From Candidatus Omnitrophota bacterium (GTDB taxonomy: Bacteria; Omnitrophota; Gorgyraeia; B26-G9): a stretch of 35,623 nucleotides of DNA. The stretch spans positions 1 through 35,623 of the forward strand of contig QNCH01000001.1 in the NCBI GenBank assembly GCA_003645745.1. The letters run 5' to 3'. This document shows, piece by piece, positions 30,411-35,623 of the stretch; position 1 is the stretch's first letter, and each line of letters opens with the position of its first letter. The notes beneath the pieces are model-generated. The model saw only the letters and a list, made by a program, of their open reading frames with translations. It was not told the DNA's origin and made no database searches. The position numbers and the translations under genes are program-made.

Positions 30411-30431
30411 GGTTGAATTTTGCCTATGTGG

Positions 30432-30456
30432 ATTCCCGCTAAAAGATTGCGGGAAT
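30432..30456 (+). promoter_or_regulatory. 8-bp perfect hairpin in the leader of the 30629 CDS
   Basis: attcccgc (30432-30439), a 9-nt loop, then gcgggaat (30449-30456). Sequence-related arms recur at 30515-30523 (atttcctgc) and 30574-30582 (gcaggaaat). Confidence 0.35.
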
Positions 30457-30491
30457 GACACAAAATGGTGATGATAAAGCGGGTAGGATTG

Positions 30492-30511
30492 ATTATAGGA
30501 TATCCTATAAT
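30492..30511. promoter_or_regulatory. Perfect 20-bp AT-rich palindrome (candidate operator)
   Basis: attataggatatcctataat equals its own reverse complement. It lies 118 nt upstream of the 30629 start codon. Confidence 0.3.
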
Positions 30512-30514
30512 GTC

Positions 30515-30600
30515 ATTTCCTGCATAGCAAGCAGGACAGACTCCTGCAATTTTTTAGCGGGTATGTCTTGCTTGCAGGAAATCTAATTTATTTTTATTTT
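30515..30600 (+). terminator. Long imperfect hairpin followed by a T-rich tract (candidate terminator or attenuator directly upstream of the 30629 RBS)
   Basis: atttcctgca (30515-24) pairs with tgcaggaaat (30573-82). agcaag (30526-31) pairs with cttgct (30567-72). The hairpin is followed by ctaatttatttttatttttt (to 30600). Confidence 0.35.
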
Positions 30601-30611
30601 TTAACCTTTTG

Positions 30612-30620
30612 AAAGGAGGA
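30612..30620 (+). promoter_or_regulatory. Shine-Dalgarno site for the 30629 CDS
   Basis: The sequence is aaaggagga, with core aggagg at 30614-30619, 9 nt before ATG 30629. Confidence 0.75.
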
Positions 30621-30628
30621 TAGGGGGG

Positions 30629-33600
30629 ATGAAGAAGTACGGATTTTTTAGGCAGGTAAGTGTTGTGGTAGTTTGGTCTTTTTTAATTGCTAATTTAGGG
30701 ATGTATTTGCCTGCAGCTCGTTTAGTTTATGCTCAGCCAGCGGTTGGCGTAGGTGGGCAGGAATTTGTTATGCAGGTTAAAAGCGCGTTACAGGTTTTAG
30801 TAGAAGTTGACAAAGAAAACAGCGCGAAGCTTACTCAATTTCAGGCTGATACAGTGGGGAAAACTGAAGAGCTCAAAGATAAAGAGCAATTAGCGGGTTT
30901 GGTAGTGCAGACTGTTGGCGCGGTAGCTGCCCAGAAACCTCAGATGAATGCGGCACAGATAAAAGCTGAAGTTACAAAGATATTTGAGGGCATAGTTGAA
31001 AAAGCGGAAACACAAGGCCAGACAACGATAGGTGAGATCGAAACAGCTGATTTTAATACTCTGGTCAGCCAAATGCTTGAGCCTTTAGAGGTAAGCAGCG
31101 CGGGTGATAAAATTGTTATTGACATTGGAGATAATAGCAGCGTATTAGTTTATAACGCGACAGATAAGCAGTTGGCACAAATGCCGCGTAATGAAGCAAA
31201 TGTATTATTAGCTAAAGCTGAAACTGCTCAATCAGCAGTTATGCCAGTTGTGTCTTTAGCTTTAACAGAAATTGATTTTAGCGCTGATCCCGGACAAATT
31301 TTAGCTGACTTAGCCGATAGTTTAATTAGTACAGGCCAATCCAGCCCTGTGGCAAAGGCGCAAACAGCAGTGGTAACACGTGAATTAAGCGCGCAGATGA
31401 GTGATCCTGCAATAAATTTAGATACGGTAAAAGGGGAAGTGGTTAGTGCTATAGAGCAGAAAGGCCTGATCGGAACAGGTAAACTGTTTGCAGACACAGG
31501 TAAAGTTGAGACATTAGTAAACACTATAATTACCAGCATAAGCGGCAAGGCTATGGAACAAAGTAAAGTTATTACAAAATCCGCGAATATTTTAATTGCG
31601 CAGCTTGGCATAGAAAAATCAGATGCTTTGACTGCAATAATGCCTCAGGTAAAAACTACAGCAGCAATAATGATCACAGGAACACAAGATCAAAAAACAG
31701 AAGCAGTGCAGGTTTTAGCAAATAATTTAAATAGTGTTGGTGTAAACACAAACGTTGATAATTTGAGCAAAGACATTAGTACAAGCATATTTCAGGCTGA
31801 ATGCAGCACAAAAGAAGTAGTTACAAGCGCGGCGCATTCAATATTAGCAGATTTAGGCATAGGTGAAGACAGAGCCGCAGTTGTAATGCCTGTGCTTGAA
31901 AACGCGGTAACAGCAGTGCTTACTGGTAATCCTGAACAAAAAACAGCAGCAGTACAGGCTTTATCAGCTAAATTAACTAATTTAGGGGCAGCAGATCTGA
32001 ATGTAGATGAATTGGAAACAAAGATTATTTCAAATATTTCTTCTGTAATGGCTGAGAAACAGGAAATTGTTGCGCAGGCATCTGTGCTTGCAGCGGATAA
32101 TCTGAATATAAATATAACAGATGCTCAAACAGAGACAATTTTGCCTCAGGTAAAGAGTACAGTGGCAGCAGTAATCATTGGCACGCAAGAGCAAAAAACA
32201 GAAGCAATCTCAAAATTAGAGAATTTGATTGCTCAGGAAACTGGGGCAAGTATAGAACCTGGCCAAATAGAATCAACCATTATAACAAGTATATCTCAGT
32301 CACAGATTATGGGTACAGATGTAGTGGGAAAGGCATCTGCATTTGTAGTTAATAGTTTAAATATAACAACGGAGCAGGCAGAGACAATTTTGCCTCAGGT
32401 AAAGACTACATTAGCAGCAGTGATTGGCGGCACGCAAAAGCAGAAAACAGAAGCTGTAGTGGTTTTAGCTGACAGCTTAGCTGATGTTGGTGTAAGTATT
32501 GATAATTTAGAAGCAAAGATTGATTTGGGTTTAGCTCAGGCAGCAATTAATACTTCTCCTGTTGTCTATAATCAAGTTAGTTTGAATGAATTTGTTACGC
32601 AAAAACAAGCTCAGGTTTTGTCAGGGCAACTTCCCGGAGCGCAGGTTGCTGCGATACAGAACGCGGCAGCAGAGCAGTTAAACGTTGCGCCGCAAGAGCA
32701 GGGAATTGTATTTGACTCGGATAATTTGCCGCAAGCGGTTCAGACAGCTTGCGTGCAAGCTGGAATTAATACACAAGATGTTGCTTATATCAGGGTTAAT
32801 CCTGGTGATTATAAGACAGGAGAGGTGAGTGTAAAAATTGTTTCTGCTGATAAACAGAGCAACCAGGGTAAAGTGAATATTGAAATCAGCCCGGTAAATT
32901 TAAATACAGACAACAAGCAAGATAGGGCAATGTTGAGCAAAGCTGCGGAAGGTATGGATGCATTAGATACAAATATTGCTAATATTGGCGGAGTATTGGT
33001 AAATTTTCAGAAAATGCTGCGTACAGTAAATGCTGAAGCTGTAATTGAACCAATTTCTGATACGGAAAGAAATACACCGCAAGTAAATGAAAGCAATTAT
33101 CTGGTTGTGTCTGCAAAGGCATTTGGACAGGTTTCGTCTAAGACTGAGCAGGGAGTTGAAGTAAAGGTTAATGGCATAGCCACACAACCAATGCTTAATT
33201 TGTTGAGCCAGACTAATAAAATTGTGGTTGTATTTGAGGGAGAAGATGTAAATCCCGAGAGTTTTCTTACAGAAATGGGGTATGAAACCAAGCAAATTGA
33301 AGTTATCGATTCTTATAATGTTGGAGAATTTGAGGGTAAGGGGATAAATACAGCAAGTACAATTACCGCGGAATCAGTTAAAGGTGTGCTTGAGGCAAGG
33401 CATGGTAAGTTAGGCGCAGTGCATTATCTGGTTGCTAATGAAGAAAAACAGGGAAGTTTAAAAACTCAGGTTATAGAAATGAAAAAACAGGAAGGTAATG
33501 AAAATGTAAGTTATTCTCTTTTTCCCTTGGACTTAGGTAAAGGTGAGGTAATTAACCTTGATGTTTGCTTATGCCAGGCAGTAAGCACAATGATTTTTGG

Positions 33601-33814
33601 TACAGGCAATAATTTAACCACAGAGGATAAAAAGACCTATGGCGCAATGATTAGGGCTGTTTTAGGCAATAATTCTCCATTGATTATTAATCTTGGAGAC
33701 CAGCAAATTGCTGAAGCAATGAATGATAAATTACAGTCAATTAGTGCGACATCTACTACAAATATTGAAACTGAGTATATGACAGTTTACGTTAAACCAG
33801 GCAAGTGGGCATAA
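30629..33814 (+). CDS. Secreted (Sec signal peptide) 1,061 aa repeat protein of unknown function
   Basis: Strong RBS and ATG. The N-terminus MKKYGFFRQVSVVVVWSFLIANLGMYLPAARLVYA|QP has a basic n-region, a hydrophobic core and a V-Y-A cleavage-type site, with no lipobox Cys. Four ~83 aa Ala/Val/Gln-rich repeats are followed by a ~330 aa non-repetitive C-terminal region. An intrinsic terminator follows the gene. Confidence 0.85.
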   Translation: MKKYGFFRQVSVVVVWSFLIANLGMYLPAARLVYAQPAVGVGGQEFVMQVKSALQVLVEVDKENSAKLTQFQADTVGKTEELKDKEQLAGLVVQTVGAVAAQKPQMNAAQIKAEVTKIFEGIVEKAETQGQTTIGEIETADFNTLVSQMLEPLEVSSAGDKIVIDIGDNSSVLVYNATDKQLAQMPRNEANVLLAKAETAQSAVMPVVSLALTEIDFSADPGQILADLADSLISTGQSSPVAKAQTAVVTRELSAQMSDPAINLDTVKGEVVSAIEQKGLIGTGKLFADTGKVETLVNTIITSISGKAMEQSKVITKSANILIAQLGIEKSDALTAIMPQVKTTAAIMITGTQDQKTEAVQVLANNLNSVGVNTNVDNLSKDISTSIFQAECSTKEVVTSAAHSILADLGIGEDRAAVVMPVLENAVTAVLTGNPEQKTAAVQALSAKLTNLGAADLNVDELETKIISNISSVMAEKQEIVAQASVLAADNLNINITDAQTETILPQVKSTVAAVIIGTQEQKTEAISKLENLIAQETGASIEPGQIESTIITSISQSQIMGTDVVGKASAFVVNSLNITTEQAETILPQVKTTLAAVIGGTQKQKTEAVVVLADSLADVGVSIDNLEAKIDLGLAQAAINTSPVVYNQVSLNEFVTQKQAQVLSGQLPGAQVAAIQNAAAEQLNVAPQEQGIVFDSDNLPQAVQTACVQAGINTQDVAYIRVNPGDYKTGEVSVKIVSADKQSNQGKVNIEISPVNLNTDNKQDRAMLSKAAEGMDALDTNIANIGGVLVNFQKMLRTVNAEAVIEPISDTERNTPQVNESNYLVVSAKAFGQVSSKTEQGVEVKVNGIATQPMLNLLSQTNKIVVVFEGEDVNPESFLTEMGYETKQIEVIDSYNVGEFEGKGINTASTITAESVKGVLEARHGKLGAVHYLVANEEKQGSLKTQVIEMKKQEGNENVSYSLFPLDLGKGEVINLDVCLCQAVSTMIFGTGNNLTTEDKKTYGAMIRAVLGNNSPLIINLGDQQIAEAMNDKLQSISATSTTNIETEYMTVYVKPGKWA
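31577..32570 (+). repeat. Four tandem ~82-85 aa helical repeats inside the 30629 CDS
   Basis: Core motif is (I/V)(M/L)PQVK(T/S)T.AA(V/I)I.GTQ.QKTEA...L. It starts near 31636, 31882 (diverged: VMPVLENAVTAVLTGNPEQKTAA), 32138 and 32388. An exact 26-nt DNA repeat (agagacaattttgcctcaggtaaaga) links copies 3 and 4. Confidence 0.85.
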
Positions 33815-33841
33815 GGTTATTTATTGCTAGGCAAATATTTC

Positions 33842-33876
33842 AGGGGCACATTACAATGTGCCCTTGATTTTTTGTT
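33842..33876 (+). terminator. Rho-independent terminator of the 30629 CDS
   Basis: The gggcaca (33844-50) / tgtgccc (33857-63) stem has a 6-nt loop and is followed by ttgattttttgtt. It lies 29 nt after the stop codon. Confidence 0.75.
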
Positions 33877-33911
33877 ATGGCTGCTTTAGAAGGCCATAAA
33901 TTCAGGGAATT

Positions 33912-33940
33912 TATACTCAAACCTATTACGGTTGAGTATA
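33912..33940. repeat. Palindromic element, minimal copy D (29 bp; fused termini only)
   Basis: tatactcaaacctattacggttgagtata has a 9-bp terminal stem, tatactcaa/ttgagtata. It corresponds to the outer ends of copies A and B without the interior. It ends 2 nt from the stop codon of the minus-strand permease gene. Confidence 0.6.
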
Positions 33941-33942
33941 TT

Positions 33943-35031
33943 TTATTTTTTCACTCTGCTAACCATAAGAATTCCAACAAATAAAAAAATAAAATTTGTC
34001 AGCCATGCTGCTGCTAAGGCAGGCAACACGTTTATTTTACCTAAAGATAAGCAGGCCGCGTTTATGCCCCAGTAGCTGAATCCGCTGATAATACTCAGAG
34101 TTATGGCAAAGAGATTGTTAGATGAGCGCGTATGCCTTAAGCTCGCTGGCACAGCAAAGAAGATGAGCAGCAGGTTAGCTAAGGGAAAGGCTATTTTGTT
34201 GTAAAAAATAACAAGTTCTTTTTGTACGTCAAATCCATTTGCCTTGAGCCTGCGGATATATTTTTTTAATTGCCAATAATTCATAAACAAAGGCTTTACA
34301 TTGGCTCTTTTTATGTCTTTTGGCTGTTCGTCAATAGGAATAACTTTTTCTGCAAAATACTGCGGATCCTTTGCTAATTCACCGTTGTTGTATTCAGTAA
34401 TAACACAATCATAGAATATCCAACAATTTTCTATCCATAGGGCTTGTTTTGCTGCTATTTGCCTGGATAATTGGTTCTGGGCGTTGTTTTCAGAAATAGT
34501 TACATTTTGCATTTTCCTGCGTTTTATGTCATAGCTGTTAATAATAAAAATTCTGTTGTGTGAACCATAGAAAGTAAGATTTTTTATAATTTTATTTTTT
34601 TGTTTTTTTTGTACTGTTTTAAAGTACGTTTCTTTAAGTTCTTCAGCATGCAATGACGCGTTTGGTTTAACTATTTCATTTACCGTAAAACTAATCGCGC
34701 TAAGCAAAAAGCCAAGGATTAGAAAAATCCAGATAATGCTCCAGAGATTAATCCCGATTGCTTTAATTGCTGTTATTTCATTATGTTTATTCAAGCTGCC
34801 CAAAGTAAACATAACTGAGAGAATCATTATGATTGGGCTGATATTGGTAAAGATAAAAGGTGTTAGAGATAAATAATAATCGCAAAGCACAAATAAAGGA
34901 ACGTTTGCTTTAGCAATTTCATCTAAATGTTCAAAAAGGTCAATGACCCATGATAAACAGATAAAAGTAGTTAAGCAAAACAAAAAAAATTTTAAAAATT
35001 TATCCAGAATATATTGTTTTATAAGTTTCAT
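33943..35031 (-). CDS. LptF/LptG (YjgP/YjgQ) family LPS export ABC transporter permease, 362 aa
   Basis: The N-terminus MKLIKQYILDKFLKFFLFCLTTFICLSWVIDLFEHLDEI is typical of the family (Pfam PF03739). Three N-terminal TM helices are followed by a ~150 aa soluble beta-jellyroll-length insert and three C-terminal TM helices (FYNKIAFPLANLLLIFFAVPASL...). The start is set at ATG 35031 because the 40 upstream codons of the ORF-track call translate the palindromic repeat. Confidence 0.85.
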   Translation of the reverse strand: MKLIKQYILDKFLKFFLFCLTTFICLSWVIDLFEHLDEIAKANVPLFVLCDYYLSLTPFIFTNISPIIMILSVMFTLGSLNKHNEITAIKAIGINLWSIIWIFLILGFLLSAISFTVNEIVKPNASLHAEELKETYFKTVQKKQKNKIIKNLTFYGSHNRIFIINSYDIKRRKMQNVTISENNAQNQLSRQIAAKQALWIENCWIFYDCVITEYNNGELAKDPQYFAEKVIPIDEQPKDIKRANVKPLFMNYWQLKKYIRRLKANGFDVQKELVIFYNKIAFPLANLLLIFFAVPASLRHTRSSNNLFAITLSIISGFSYWGINAACLSLGKINVLPALAAAWLTNFIFLFVGILMVSRVKK

Positions 35032-35034
35032 TGT

Positions 35035-35194
35035 TAGGCTCAAACGTAATTGGTTTGTAATTTTATGACATTCCCCTGTGCTGCATCTTGAAACGTTTTT
35101 CATTCGCAAATCTTTAGTGCGCCTAAGGTAGAACGTTTCAAGATGCAGCACATGAAAACGCCTAAATTTTACAAACTAATTGCGTTTGAGTATA
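35035..35194. repeat. Palindromic MITE/REP-like element, copy B (160 bp)
   Basis: The outer arms are ctcaaacgtaattggtttgtaa / ttacaaactaattgcgtttgag. The perfect 21-bp inner stem is tgtgctgcatcttgaaacgtt (35078-98) / aacgtttcaagatgcagcaca (35132-52). The two stems are separated by 16-nt internal loops. The element abuts the permease start codon with a 3-nt gap. Confidence 0.85.
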
Positions 35195-35587
35195 TTAAAA
35201 CATATAGGGTATAGCGACGCTTCTGCGTTTACTCCTTCAAGCTATCTTAGCAAAAATCCATTAACGTTTAAATTTCGTTATCATTTATATTATAGCATTT
35301 CATTGATAAAATTTGGAAAAATTATTAAAATTTTTGGCTCTTTTACAGAATCTGTGGGGAAAAATACAAAAAAATAGCATTGTTGACTGGTTTGGTATAA
35401 TTGTTTTGACAAAAAGAAACCTAACCAGAAAGACCAACAAGGCTAATAAAAACAATACTAAATAAAACATATCCTGTCAAAGGATTTGTTTTTGGCAAAG
35501 TCAGCTTTTTAAACAATGTGATAACAATTGAAGTGATGTCACGTAAAAGATCTAAAGCAATATGCTCGTGTTGCAGTTTCCCCAATT

Positions 35588-35623
35588 TATACTCAAACGT
35601 AATTGGTTTGTAATTTTATGACA
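35588..35623. repeat. Palindromic element, copy C (left arm only; truncated by the window edge)
   Basis: tatactcaaacgtaattggtttgtaattttatgaca contains a 32-nt segment (ctcaaacg...tgaca) identical to copy B at 35039-35070. Confidence 0.75.

Noticed and set aside
30224-30442. 72-aa ORF (MLYSNVIGLQFYDVPLTLHLETF...) between the giant ORF and the next CDS.
   Set aside because: It coincides almost exactly with palindromic repeat copy A. Its GTG start is only 2 nt from the AGGAG-like motif. The same peptide fragment appears from the opposite strand of copy B, which marks it as a by-product of the palindrome rather than a conserved coding sequence.
30431-30600. Possible CRISPR-like repeats, because attcccgc/gcgggaat-type arms recur.
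   Set aside because: There are only short inverted arms. There are no regularly spaced direct repeats of 24-40 nt with unique spacers, and no cas genes.
30890-33295. Minus-strand ORFs (60-127 aa) inside the 30629..33814 CDS.
   Set aside because: They are antisense shadow ORFs within a well-supported CDS that has an RBS, signal peptide, repeats and terminator. None has supporting signals.
35032-35151. 40-codon N-terminal extension of the LptF/G ORF as given in the ORF track.
   Set aside because: It is the translation of repeat copy B. The family-typical N-terminus begins at the internal ATG at 35031.
35180-35377. 65-aa plus-strand ORF (MRLSILKHIGYSDASAF...).
   Set aside because: It starts inside repeat copy B, has no RBS, has an AT-rich low-complexity translation, and shows no recognisable motif.
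35289-35401. Extended -10-like promoter motifs: TGcTATAAT on the minus strand (35289..35297) and TGgTATAAT on the plus strand (35393..35401).
   Set aside because: They are plausible promoters for lptF/G and for a gene beyond the window. However, TATAAT-like strings are frequent by chance in this AT-rich spacer, and neither has a properly spaced -35. There is not enough support to annotate them.
35421-35471. Apparent hydrophobic small ORF on the minus strand starting at ATG 35471.
   Set aside because: Codon-by-codon reading gives MFYFSIVFISLVGLSG and then a TAG at 35421-35423. The ORF is only 16 codons, so my first impression of a ~56-aa membrane peptide was a framing error.

Overview
AT-rich bacterial window. 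About 84% of it is one uninterrupted + strand ORF of 29,982 nt (63..30044, at least 9,993 aa), and its 5' end is unresolved. By eye the product is a giant mosaic envelope protein. In order it contains: two paralogous ~620-700 aa modules with EF-hand-like loops and ~80-aa tandem units; dockerin-like Ca-loop pairs interleaved with YD/RHS-like repeats; a ~9-10 copy array of an unrecognised ~80-105 aa repeat; a second YD-like block; a glycine-zipper transmembrane cluster (~aa 4223-4333); a ~2,400 aa Asn/Gly-rich region with a peptidoglycan-binding-like motif; a second transmembrane cluster (~aa 6737-7090); and a ~2,900 aa tail. The tail carries short helix-turn-helix-like repeats, an SF2 ATPase whose motif set most resembles the SecA DEAD motor (AGTGKT, DEVD, GFSGT, RGTDV), and TPR-like helices. 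Downstream lie a co-directional 1,061 aa Sec-signal protein with four ~83-aa helical repeats (30629..33814) and a convergent LptF/LptG-family permease (33943..35031; the ORF-track start at 35151 is an artefact). Every intergenic spacer carries a copy of a palindromic MITE/REP-like element with termini TATACTCAAACG...CGTTTGAGTATA (four copies, one cut by the window edge). I saw no rRNA, tRNA, CRISPR array, transposase, integrase or reverse transcriptase. The candidate novel system is the giant membrane-spanning protein with its own SecA-like ATPase plus the adjacent secreted repeat protein. All domain calls come from motif reading only and need HMM or structure confirmation.
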